From: Vicugna vicugna
Taxonomy: Eukaryota
Length of the DNA stretch: 64,000 bases
NCBI GenBank assembly: GCA_013265495.1
Contig: MU057744.1
Span: 3,113,370 to 3,177,369 of the forward strand
Direction: 5' to 3'
A model generated the notes under the pieces. That model ran no database searches, had not been told where the DNA came from, and saw only the letters and a program-made list of their open reading frames with translations. This document shows, piece after piece, positions 25,613 through 37,989 of the stretch. Position 1 is the stretch's first letter. Each line of letters opens with the position of its first letter. The translations under genes and the position numbers were made by a program.

Positions 25613-25746
25613 CTGGCACATTGATGATCAGAACTGTTTGCCGAATGAAGGCCCTGAAGAATGGAATAATATGTTACTGTATTGCTGAGAGCAAAAGTTT
25701 GCATCTTCTGACGGCTATGATAACATCCCCTTGTTGCTGATGCCAG
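25613..25746 (+). ncRNA. Candidate orphan C/D-box snoRNA-like element (unverified)
   Basis: Terminal stem CTGGCA/TGCCAG, box C-like TTGATGA 25621-25627, D' CTGA 25708-25711, C'-like ATGATAA 25717-25723, box D CTGA 25737-25740; no rRNA target or known family recognised. Confidence 0.2.
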
Positions 25747-28307
25747 CGTTCAGTCCGGCATTCCAGGCACAGCGAGTGTGGGGGTGCTCCGTGGAACTGA
25801 GTCCAGCTGCGTGCTGGGCATCTCTTAGAGCACTGGGAATGTATTCGTCTCCCAGCAGACTGTCGCAGGGCAGTCCTAAGCGCACACTACACTGGTGTAT
25901 TAATTAAAGAGCTGATGGCAGGGGACTGGGAAGATGTCTCTTCTGTCACTTGCATCACGTAGCCTCGTGGTTAGATTGTGGCAATTCGGGGCTTTCTGTT
26001 TTCTGCCAATCGAGATTTGACAGCTGTTTGTAAAACATTTACATTCTGATTTCAGTCACATTGACAGCACTTTTGGATCTTTGGAAGATAATTATATGTT
26101 AGGAAACTGTTTTTAAAAGTTTGAAGCTGATCTGTTGAGGGGGGAATCTGTTTTAAAAATAGTACAAAGGAAAGAAATCCACTTTATAAAAGGCTAGACT
26201 TCTCATAAAGGTCAGAAATAATGGACATGTGTGATCGAAAGACACTGCATATAATGGGAAGCAATAACCTTCTCCACCCCACCTGTTCTGGGTACCTTAG
26301 CTTCTCTTAATCAGCTCTTTCTAGCCGGGTGCATGCTTCTCACTTTTTTCACTTTATTATGCCGGTGTGACATTTGTATGGTACATGAATAAATTAGATA
26401 GGATTTAGTGGCATCTATATGGAGTATGGGGGGAAAATTCAATACATATGCTTGGTATTAAAAGAAGAGAACATAAAAAGTATTGAGAAAAATACCAAGT
26501 ATTGCATTTCCAAATAAAAGGCTTTCAGATGTTTTAATGAAAAGCATAAATTCACATGTAACTTTTCCTTATGAGGCATTATGTTAGAAATAATGACTTG
26601 TGGTTCTTGGTCAGTGGTCCCTCTAGAGCCTGGACTGTTGCAATTTGTGGGATGCTTTGTAAGAACAAGCAGATGAGAAAAAGTGTAACCCTGCTGTATA
26701 GCCATTCGGAAGGTTCCTGCAGTTGAAATTGTATCTGAAGGATCAGCAGCTTCTCCTTTCTGTCACCGGCAGCTGTGATGCTGAAGCTTCTTAGGGGAAG
26801 GCAAATGATTCTGGAATCCAACCTCATGTTTTGATATCGGATATTTAAAATCTTTATAGAAAGCATTTATTGTTTTATAGCCATCATCCTGCCCACAGCT
26901 TGGACCCCACTGAAAGGGCACATCAGCTGTAAATGGGCTCCACTCTACCTAAGGGACCAGGAGCACAAGTCTGGATGGAGGTGGACCCACCCCCCAACCC
27001 TGCTCTGGCTCTTTTCCTGCCCCTGCAGAGGCCTTCCCTTAGGCATGTATGTGGACACGCAGCCTGGAAGTCCATCACCCCCTTGCCCCCATGTCACAGC
27101 TGGAGGACGTGTCTGTATACTCTGGAATTGAGCAGACTTGGGCCTTTGGGCTCGGGTTCTGGGGACCCGAGCATGTGAAGGCTGATCTAGAGGAGCCCAG
27201 TGCCCCTTGGGCACTTGCCGTGGAAAGGGTCATGGCCAGAGGACAGCCATGTGGACCCGAGGCGGTGCTTCTCAAGCACACGTGTGTACAGTCACCTGCT
27301 CAGACCCCGAGTCTGAGTCCCCGGGCAGAGGCAGGCCTGCATGCCCCCACTTCTGCCACGCACCCTCCAGGTGCTGTGGGTGACTGTCCTCTGAGGAGCA
27401 GAAGTGTGATGTACAGGGCCAAGGCAGGGGTCCCACTCCCTGGATCTCAGGGTGATGCTGGACAGAAGTATCAGGTTCAGGTGAAGACAGAGATGTGGGC
27501 CTGCCACAGGGAGCTCCTTACCAGGAACCCCAGCCTGGTCCTTCCCACCTGCTCCCCATCCCTGCTGTACCCCAGGCCCCTAGGGACCTGTGCCCCCAGC
27601 TCCTTCACCAGCTTACAGCCCCCGGCCCCCCAGGCAGCAGCTCGCCCCCTGACTGGACACTGAGCTTGGTGTCCAGGGACAGAGCCCACTTCGGCTGTGC
27701 AGAGAGAATCTTGAGGGGGCAGCAGGTGCCGAGTGTCCCCGTTACCCTTGCGGCTGAGAGACCCAGGGCTCAGCACCAGATTGCTCAGCCACACCTGCCT
27801 CTGGGGTCTGGGGCTCCCTGCCCTGGCCCTTGTGGCCACACAGGGGCCCCAGGGCACCAATGTGAATCCTGTACCCCAGGGCACTGCTGCCCAACACGTG
27901 GGATACCCAATAATTGGGTTTTAAAAGGCACATTAGATGAAGGTAGTAAATCTAATAGTTCTCTAGCAAGACTTTAACACATTATATGGGAATCAATTAA
28001 AAAGCAAAATTTGTTTTCAGAAATGACCCAAATGAAAGCAGTGCATTTTAAAAAGGCTTAAATTCTCAGAGGAACATTTGAACTAAAAGGAAAAGAAAAT
28101 CGAAATTGGGAATAAAGGAAAACAAAATCATAGACAGTATTTTTAAATAAAAGGAACATTTGTGGATTACACTGTATACAAAAAATAAATAAAATGCAAA
28201 TAATCAAAATAGGTTGATCAAAATATATCACTTGGGGCATTTAAGGCACAGAGCACAAAAACCACAAAAATAGTCTTAGCATATGAGCGTAAGAATAAAA
28301 CAAATCT

Positions 28308-29580
28308 GGAGAGCAGCCAAGATGGTGGAGTAGAAGGACTCTCGTAGCTCACCCTCTGTCACAAATACACCAAGAGTGACATCCACGGACCCACTTGTCC
28401 ACGCAGAACACCTGCTGAACTTTGACAGAACGTCTCCTTCTTCCAAAGACAAAATACACCACAAATCTGGTAGGAGAAAGGAAAGAAGAAAAAGGAAATG
28501 CGTGTGGGACTGGTCCTGCGGGAGGGAGCGGCAAAGGAGGAATAGCGCTCTGTCGCTGGGTCTCCCCCTTGCCAACGGAGAGGTTGGCGGGACACGCTGG
28601 GAACCTGCAAGGCTCAGATCTGTACAGAATAGCACTTGACAGACAGAATTAAGTTAAACAGGCACAAAGGGTCCCTGTGACACCAACCCAAGATGTAAAC
28701 CTGCAGGTATGGGACAGGACAGGTTGCCTGATTTGGGTGGAGGACTGGGGCTGACTGTACAGAGGCAACCTCGGGGGACTGCAGTGTGCTGTGTGCCATG
28801 GCTGGGAGGGGACATAGATCAGAACAGCTGGGGTCCCCCATAAAATAAAAAAAATGCAAAGCAACACTGCTGGTGTGCCCTGGGGCGGGGGAGGGGAGCA
28901 CTGTAGCCGTTGTCTCCACAGACCTGCAGCACCATTGCTGGCATGTTCTCTGTTCTTGGGAGAAGAGAGGTGGGGCTCAGCTACAGCCACCACGTTCCCC
29001 TGTGTGCAGCTCCCAGGCAGAGGTGGGTTTGAAACCTAAATCCATCCTTGGGGCTCTGCAACCTCACAGGTCAGACGAGATTTGTTTACAGCCCCAGGCA
29101 GAGGGGACCAGTCTGCCCCAGTGCCTCTGTGGGATCACGTCTCCAAGACAAACAAGGAGTGGAGCTCTGGCACACAGCGGGGGCGAGGGCTGATGCGACC
29201 GTTTTCTGTGAGCCCGCCTACAGAGCGGGGACCCAGCACAGCGCTGGGGGCAGCACTGAACGGGGGAGTGACCTAGCCACCTGCTGTGCATGAGTAGGGT
29301 GGCACAAGGGTGCGGCTTGGGATGGGGGCACAACCTGAGGGCCTCTGGAATGAGCAGGCGGAATTCACACAGCAGGGCAATGGCAGGAGCGGCAACAACC
29401 ACAGAACAAAAAGGAAGCCCCGCTCAATAGCCAGGGAAGGCTCTGGCCACCACAAACCTGGCCACACTCTCAGCCAAAGGGGTAACAGCCAAAAGTCATA
29501 GAAGAAAGACTTGGCAACCATTCACATTTTAAAAGGACCTTGTGACAAAATTATTAGAGCACATAGTCTACACGGGAACA
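28308..29580 (+). promoter_or_regulatory. L1 5'UTR internal promoter region
   Basis: GC-rich 5' part of the L1; YY1-like site at 28317-28328 with the CpG apparently decayed to TG. Confidence 0.7.
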
Positions 29581-29669
29581 CATGCTCCTTTTTGTTTCTT
29601 TATATTAATTTTTAGTTTTTAAATTTTTTTATTTTTATTTTTTAATCATTTTTAAATTTTTCTTTTAAA

Positions 29670-30120
29670 ATTTTTAATTTTTTAAAATTTGTCTCAATTT
29701 CATCTATATTTCTCTTTGTTTTGTTCTTCTGTTACTGATTATATTTCGTTTTCAAATCTTTATATCTTCCTTTAAATTTTTTAAATCTGTCTCACTTTGA
29801 TTTTTATTTCTCTTTCTGTTATTGACCACTATGTTTTCAAATCTTTTTTCTTTTAAATTTTTTGTCTCAAATAGATTTTTATTTCTCTGTTTTGTTCTGT
29901 AATTGATTTTAATCATTTTCAACTCTTTTTTAAAAATTTTTTTAAAAAATCATCTCAGTTTGATTTTTATTTCTCTTTGTTTTGTTCTTTGGTTATTAAT
30001 TATACTCTGTTTTCAAATCTTTTTTTCTTTTAATTTTTTTTTGATCTTGATTTGATTTTTATTTCTCTTTGTTTTATTCTTCTGTTATTGACTATACTGT
30101 GTTATCAAATCTTAGTTTCT
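29670..30120 (+). repeat. T-rich tandem array (~85-93 bp unit, about 5 copies) in the L1 5'UTR
   Basis: Recurring 'tctca..tttgatttttatttctctttgttttgttct...ttttcaaatct' with unit ends near 29760, 29845, 29925, 30020 and 30112. Confidence 0.85.
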
Positions 30121-30239
30121 TCTTAAAATTTTTTTTTTTAGTTTTATTTCCCCATCTGCATTAAATACATAAACCCCTTCAGGACCACGGTAGATAACTG
30201 ATACTCTGTAATCCATAGAGCCAGAGATATATAAGGAAA

Positions 30240-31119
30240 AAGAAGAAGCAGAGGAACCACTCTCAATTAAAAGAACAAGAGAAATCCCCTAAAAGAATGA
30301 TCAACGAAATAGACCTTGATAGTCTACTAGATCATCATTCCAAAAAAGGAGTGATCAATGAACTGAAGGAACTAAAAGAGATTGTTAATAAAGACAGAAT
30401 ACATCAAAAAGGAAATTGAAACTATAAAGAGGAGCCAATTAAAAATGGAAGGCTCGTTTGCTGAGATAAAAGCTGAGCTAAAGACTGTAAAAAGCAGGCT
30501 AGAAAATGTGGAGGAACAAATTAGTGACTTAGAAGATAGGACAACAGAAGTCACCCAATCAGAACAGCAGACAGAAAAGAAAAATGAAAACAATATAAGG
30601 GACCTATGGGATAATATAAAGCATGCCAATGTACACATAATAGGGCTCCCAGAAGAAGAAGAAAGAGCAAAGGGGATTGAAAAGCTATTTGAAGAAATCA
30701 TGACTGAAAACTTTGGAAAACTAAAGAAGGAATCAGTATCCAAGAGCAGGAAGCACAGAGGGTTACAAAGAAGAAGATTCCAAACAGACCCACACCAAGC
30801 TATGTTATAATCAAGATGACCAACATTAAAGATAAAGAAATGATTCTAAAGGTGGGAAGAGAAAAAGAAAGAGTTACTTATAAGGGAACCCCATAAGGAT
30901 TTCAGCTGATTTCTCTATACAAACACTGCAGGACAGAGGGAATGGCAAGATATATTCAAAGTCCTGAATGAGAAAAAGATGCAACCTAGGATACTTTATC
31001 CAGCAAGGCTATTTTTTAGAATACAAGGAGAAATAAAGAACTTCACAGACAAGCAGAAACGAAAAGAATTTAGCAACACTAAACCCATGCTAAAAGAAAT
31101 ATTGACAGGTCTACTTTAA
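30240..31119 (+). pseudogene. L1 ORF1 (RNA-binding coiled-coil protein), disrupted
   Basis: RLENVEEQISDLEDR, IRDLWDNIKHANVHIIGLPE, EEIMTENF, later ILYPARL; expected ATG reads AAG at 30240; frameshifts; ends 'ggtctactttaa'. Confidence 0.93.
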
Positions 31120-31529
31120 ATAGAAAAGAAGCAGGATTCTACAGAAAGGAGAAAACCATAATTAGAAAGACAGTAACTATAATGACTTACAGCAGAATAA
31201 ACATGAAATTGTAAAAGAGGACATCAGAATCATTAAGGGTGGGAGAGGGGACCAAGAAAATAAAAACTTTTTTTCTTTCTTTCTTTTTTTTTTTTTTTTT
31301 TTGTTCTTCGTAGGCTGGGTTTCAGCTTATATCACTATCAGTTTAAAATGGACAGATATAGTAATGGGTTAATATATGTTCAAAACAGGGTAACCACAAG
31401 GCAGAAGCTTACAATAGAGTCACAAAAACTAAAAAGAAACCAAGATAATACAAAGGAAAATTGTTACATCACAAAAAGAAAAAGAAAGGAACAGAGGAAA
31501 TACCAAATCAACTGCAAAACTAAATTCAT

Positions 31530-34500
31530 ATGGCAATAAACACACATCTATCAATAATTACCATAAATGTCAAGGGACTAAATGCTCCAATCAAAAGACA
31601 TAGATAGAGTGGCAGACTGGATAATAAAACAAGAACCTATAATATGCTACATACAAGAGACCGACTTTAGGGAGAAAGACACACATAGACTGAAAGTGAG
31701 AGGATGGAAAAAGATATTCCACGCAGATGAAATGACAAGAAAGCAGGAGTAGCAATACTGATTTCAGACAAAATAGATTTTAAAACAAAGGCCGTAAAGA
31801 AAGATAAATAAGGACACTATAAAATGATTAAAGGAGTGATACAAGATGAGGATATTACACTTGTTAACATATATGCACCCAACACAGGAGCACCTAAATA
31901 CATAAAGCAAATACTAACATATAAAGGAAGAAACTGATGGGAATACAATCTTGTAGGAGACTTTAACACCCCATTAACATCATTGGACAGATCTTCCAGA
32001 CGGAAAATTAATAAGACAACAGAGAAACTAAATGATACAATAGAACAATCAGACTTGGTTGATATTTTCAGAACATACATCCTCCCAAAATAGAATATAC
32101 ATTTTTTTCAATTGCACATGAAACATTTTATAGTCTAGATCATGTACTTGGGCACAAAATAAGCCTCAACAAATTTAAGAAGATAGAAATTATTTCAAAC
32201 GTCTTTTCTGACCACAATGCCATGAAATTAGAAATCAACTACAGAAAAACAAAGGAGGAAAAAAAAAGACAACATGGAGATTAAACAACATGCTACTAAA
32301 AAAACCAATGGGTCAATGATGAAATCAAAGAAGAAATTAAAAAATACTTTGAGACAAATGACAATGAAAACGCAACTACACAAAATCTATGGGATGCAGT
32401 AAAAGCAATCCTAAGAGGGAAGTTCATAGTAATGAACTTCCACAAAAAAAGAAGACAATCTCAAATGAACAATCTAACTTACCAGCTTAAAGAATTAGAA
32501 AAAGAAGAGCAAACAAACCCAAAAGTCAGCAGAAGGAAGGAAAGATCAGAGAAGAAATAAATAAAGTAGAGGTTAATAAAACAATAGGAAAAATCAATCA
32601 AGCCAAGAGGTGGTTTTTTTGAAAGAGTAAACAAAATTGGGAAACCTCTGGCCAAGCTCATCAAGAAGAGAAAAGAGAGAGCACAAATAAAGAAAATAAG
32701 AAAGGAAAATGGAGAAATTACAAGCAACACCACAGAAATACAAAGTATCATATGAGAATACTATGAACAACTGTATGGTAACAAACTGGACAACCTAGAA
32801 GAAATGGACAAGTTTCTGGAAACATACAGTCCACTAAGACTGAATCAAGAAGAAACTGACCACTTGAAGAAACCAATCAGTAGAAATGAAATGGAATTAG
32901 CAATAAAAAATCTCCCTGCAACAAAAGTCCAGGACAGGATGACTTCACTGGGTAATTCTACCAAACGTACAAAGAAGAACTCATTACGGTCCTTCTCAAA
33001 ATTTTCCAGAAGATTAAAAAGGAGGTAGTACTCCCAAACTCATTCTGTGAAGCCACCATCATCCTAATACCAAAACCAGACAAAGACTCTACCAAAAGAG
33101 AAAATTACAGGCCAGTATCACTGATGAACATAGATGCAAAAATCCTCAACAAAATATAAGCAAACAGAATCCAGCAGCACATAAAAAAGGTCATACACCA
33201 TGATCAAGTACAGTTCATCCTAGGAACACAAGGATGGTTCAACATACACAAATCAATCAATGTGATACATGACATCAACAAGAGAAAGGACAAAAATCAA
33301 GTGGTCACCTCAATAGATGCAGAAAGAGCATTTGATAAAATTCATCACCAATTTGTGATAAAAACCCTTACCAAAGTGGTTATAGAGGGAACACATCTCA
33401 ACATAATAAAAGCTATTTATGACAAACCTACAGCCCACATAGTACTCAACAGTGAAAAACTGAAAACCTTCCCACTGAAATCTGGGACAAGACAAGGTTG
33501 TCCACTCTCACCACTTCTGTTCAATATAGTCTTGGAAGTCCTAGCCACAGCAATCAGGCAAGAAAAGGAAATAAAAGGGATCCAAATTGGGAAAGAAGAG
33601 GTATAATTGTCACTATTTGCAGATGACATGATGCTATATATAGAAAACCCTAAAAGCTCCGCAAAAAAGCTACTAGAGCTGATAAAAGAATTCAGCAAGG
33701 TAGCATGATACAAGATTAATGTACAAAAACCAGTTGCAATTCTTTACCTTGTAAAGTTCTTTACATGATAAATCAACTGGAAAAGAAAGTAAAGAAACAA
33801 TCCCTTTTAAAATGCACCAAAAGTAATAAAATACATAGGAATAAATCTAACCAAGGAGGTGAAAAAACACTGATTAAGGAAATTAAAGAAGACTTAAAAA
33901 AAAGGAAAGATATCCCATGCTCCTGGATTGGAAGGATAAATATTGTTAAAATGGCCACACTGCCCAAGACAATCTACAGATTTAATGCAATCCCTATCAA
34001 ATTACTCAGGACATATTTCACTGAACTAGAGAAAATCACATTAAAATTTATATGGAATCACAAAAGACCCAGAATTGCCAAAGTGTTACTGAAGAAAAAG
34101 AATGAAGCTGGGGGAATAACCCTCCCAGAGTTCAGACAATACTACAGAGCTACAATCAAAACAGCATGGTGTTGGTACAGAAACAGACATATGGATCAAA
34201 GGAACAGAATACAGAGCCCAGGAATGAACCCACAAACTTTTGGTCAATTAGTCTTTGACAAAGGAGGCAAGAACATACAATGGAATAAAGACAGTCTCTT
34301 CAGCAAATGGTGTTGGGAAAACTGGGAAGATGCTTGTAAATCAGTGAAGCTAGATCACTCCCTTACACCATACGCAAAAACAAAAAACAAAAAACAAACA
34401 AAAAAAAACTCAAAATGGATCAAAGACTTAAACATAAGACAAGATAAAATAAACCTAGAAGAAAACATAGGCATCTCAGCAATGTTCTCCTAGGGCAGTC

Positions 34501-35328
34501 TACCCAAGAAATAGAAATAAAAGCAAAAATAAACAAATGGGACCTAATGAAACTTACAAGCTTCTGCACAGCAAAGGAAACAATAAGCAAAACAAAACAA
34601 CAACCTACAGAATGGGAGAAAACTTTTGCAAAAGATGAAACTGACAAAGGCTTGATCTCCAGAATATATAAGCAGCTCATGTGACTTAATAAGAAAAAAA
34701 CAAACAGCCCATTCCAAAACTGGGCAGAAGACCCAAACAAGCAATTCTCCAAGGATGAAACATAAATGATCATTAGGCACATGAAAAAATGTTCAGTATC
34801 ACTAATTATCAGAGAAATGTAAATCAAAAGTACAATGAGGTATCACCTCACACCAGTCAGAATGGCCATCATTCAAAAATCCACAAATGACAAATGCTGG
34901 AGAGGCTGTGGAGAAAAGGGAACCCTCCTGCACTGCTGGTGGGAATGCAGTTTGGTGCAGTCACTGTGGAAAACAGTATGGAGATTCCTCAAACGACTAG
35001 GAATAGACTTACCGTATGACCCAGGAATCCCGCTCCTGGGCATATATCCAGAAGGAACCCTACTTCAAAAAGACACCTGCACCCCAATGTTCATAGCAGC
35101 ACTATATACAACAGCCAAGACATGGAAACAACCTAAATGTCCATCGACAGATGACTGGTTAAAGGAGATGTGGTGTATTTATACAATGGAATACTATTCA
35201 GCTACAAAAAAAGAATGAAATAATGCCATTTGCAACAACATGGATGGACCTGGAGAATGTCATTGTAAGTAAAGTAAGCCAGAAAGAGAAAGAAAAATAC
35301 CATATGATATCACTCGTGTGGAATCTAA
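31530..35328 (+). pseudogene. L1 ORF2 (endonuclease/reverse transcriptase), disrupted
   Basis: ATG GCA ATA AAC start; EN 'aatgtcaagggactaaatgctccaatcaaaaga'; [24 protein letters not shown] at 33604-33606 just before [24 protein letters not shown]; multiple stops/indels. Confidence 0.96.
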
Positions 35329-36680
35329 AAAAAAAGCAAAAACAAACTAACATATATAAAACAGGAACAGTCTCACAGAAAAAGAAAACAAACTTATGGT
35401 TATCAGGGAGAAGTGGGTGGGAAGGTATAAACTGAGAGTTGGAGATTTGTAGATACTGACTGGTATATATAAAACTGATAAACAAGTTTATACTGTACAG
35501 CACAGGAAAGTATATTCGATATCTTATAGTAGCTTATGGTGAAAAAGAATATGAAAACAATTATGTGTATGTTCATGTATGACTGAAGCATTGTGCTGTA
35601 CACCAGAAATTGACACAACATTATAAACTGACTGTACTTCAATTAAATAAAGCATAAAATTAAATTAAATAAAACTTATGGAATAACTGTAAAAATTATC
35701 AAAAGAGTAGGTATAGGGAACTAGGAGTGATCAGGTGAAGTAATAGAGGGGATTCATTTCATAAAAATCCAAATTTGGAGTTAATTGGTTATACCTTTTA
35801 GCTAAAAGAGGTTTTTAGACAACAGTTCCATAACATGGAGAAATGAAAGTATATTTTAAGAGAAATGAGAAAGCTCTCAGACTTACAATGAAAATTATAG
35901 AAAGAAATGTGAAAATGAGAGGCACAATCTTCACCCCAAACAGCATGCGGCACACACATGCACGTGTGAGAAGAAATAAAGTCAAAGCTCGTGCAAGAAT
36001 GCCTTGGATAAAAGATCTCATGATGTGATAAAAGGCAAAAGCTGTAGAAGTGCTACGTTTACATTCCAGTATATCATCGGGGGAGAAAAAGAAAATTGAC
36101 ATTTACAGTGTCTTATTATTCTGAGACTGCAAACTTTATCCAGTTTTCCTTTGAGCAAAATACTCAATTCCTGCTGTATGTTCTGAGATGAAATTTTAGA
36201 TGGTCTGTGCTGATGCTTTAATGCACAGCTTCTGTCCTGGAAGAGCTTGGAGTCCAGTTTTGATGACAAGCTAACACATTTTTTTTTAATGAGTGTTAGA
36301 TATAAGACCAGCGTGAAGAAATGTAACTAAGCAGTTTAAATACCAAATGGACTGTGACCCTGTAGTTGTCATGGGCTGTGACTTTGGCATGTTTGTTCCT
36401 TGATGCTCTTCACAGTGACATGCATATATAACTCTGGCGGAATACTTAGGACGCGTTGATGATCTGCCGAGGCGGAGCGAAAGGTGACATCTGTACATGA
36501 GCTACGGGCGTAGAGGCACCCGCCTCTAAGAAGAGGGCGACGTATGATGGGGCTTGAACAAGGGTGACGTTTAAAGGCGGGTGTGTGGCGGGAATGCAGA
36601 AGTGTAGGCCCGTCTCTGCCCCTGCGAATCGGAATCTGTATGAACGCGTGGGTGTATACTCCCTTTGATTTACGTGCTCT

Positions 36681-36794
36681 TCTTTTTAATTTTTTATAGT
36701 TTTATTTTGATTTTTTAAATGAAGATACTGGGGATTGAACCCACGACCTCCTGCATGCTAAGCACACTCTCTACCGCTGAGCTACACCCTCCCC
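36681..36794 (-). mobile_element. tRNA-Ala-derived camelid SINE (Vic-1 type, short form)
   Basis: Minus strand GGGGAGGGTGTAGCTCAGCGGTAGAGAGTGTGCTTAGCATGCAGGAGGTCGTGGGTTCAATCCCCAGTATCTTCA then A-rich tail. Confidence 0.92.
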
Positions 36795-37989
36795 TGGAAA
36801 AGGGTGGGGTTTAAATGGGCAGGAAAGAAACCAGTAGGCACTGCTGGGGGTGGCAGGTAAGGGGTAGAGCCTGCATGCGTGTGTGGGAGGGGCTCCAGGG
36901 TGGGGAGGGGGGCCAGCACGAGGAGGGCTTGGATTTTATCTTGAAAAGAGCAGAATACTCTGAAATAAAGGGGCAAGGGAAGAACATGAGGGAAATGAAC
37001 TGGGCAGCGCGACACAGACACGGATTGTAAGTGGGGAAACAGATTGATAGCTTTTCCGGAAAAAAGGAGATGAAAGAGGTGCCAGCCGGGGGACAGACGG
37101 ATTCCCGGGAGCTGCGCTGGTCTGGGCCGTCCTCCTTCCCACGAGTCTGTGTTCGCTCACTCCCTCGGCTGCATGTGGATTTGCCTTTCACATGTGAATG
37201 TAAAATGGGTTCGAGTCATAAAGGAGAAACAGCAACACCCCTGCCTAGGTTTCCTTTTGGTCGCTGTCTCTCCCTCCTCCATCTCCACCCACTCCCAGCA
37301 CCCTGTTCTCTATGTCTGTTTCCTCACTTTCCCACAGCTCCTCGAACCCTGCATTCTGGCCTCTGAGTCCACCCCTTCCCTGGAGCTGCAGTTGCCAAAA
37401 TGAGCAGAGATCTCCCCATTGATAAGCCCCGAGAATTTCTGATCCTTAACTGTTTTGCTCTTTACAGAGTTTGTTGCTGCAGACCTTTTTGAAGTTCCCT
37501 CTCTCCTTGCATTGCAGGGGCCTTTCCTCTGCTTGACTGTCTAGTTCCCTTTTGCCTTGTCCCCTCTCTCTGTCTCCCTCCCTCGCCCTCCCTCCTTTCC
37601 TTCCTTGTCTGTTTTTTCCTTCTGTCTACTGCTTCAGGACAAATCCCCTTCCTTACCCTGACAAAAACCTGTTCAGAATTCATTTCTTTCTAATTCACTT
37701 AACTTCCAGACTTAAAACTGTGGCTTTTAGCTCATTGACTCAAGTCCCTGCGGCTGGTGTAGGTGTCTCCCCTGGGCCACATCTCTACATACGGCTGGAC
37801 ACACCTCCCTGGACTCTTACCTGTGACCCAGTAAGAACGGTCACTCCGAACTCCTCTGCTCGGTCGCCCTCCCGACCTCTGTCTCTGCGCTGCGCTAGGT
37901 GTCTTACGCAGGAACAGCCCTTTATCTTTCTGAAATGAACATCTAATTATTTTTCAAATGCAGCCCTTCCTAGCTCTCTGCCCCTCAGC

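Larger units (their letters stand above)
28308..35667 (+). mobile_element. Full-length, inactivated LINE-1 (camelid/cetartiodactyl type)
   Basis: 5' end with YY1-type 'ccaagatggtgg', GC-rich 5'UTR, ORF1, spacer, ORF2 (EN, RT, Cys-rich end), 3'UTR, A-rich tail; degenerate TSD AATAAAACAAAT (28294-28305) / AATAAAACTTAT (35668-35679). Confidence 0.97.

Noticed and set aside
25324..25740. 138-aa ORF
   Set aside because: ATG comes from the L2 terminal repeat; no recognisable homology.
27049..27977. 204-aa and 160-aa ORFs
   Set aside because: GC-rich region open in several frames on both strands; no domain recognised.
28276..28635. Antisense ORF in the L1 5'UTR (ORF0-like)
   Set aside because: ORF0 is primate-specific; many overlapping ORFs here reflect GC content, and this one runs past the element's end.
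29670..30120. CRISPR-like repeat-spacer array
   Set aside because: Contiguous degenerate tandem units without unique spacers, in a mammalian L1.
33765..34493. 242-aa intact gene
   Set aside because: Fragment of the disrupted L1 ORF2.
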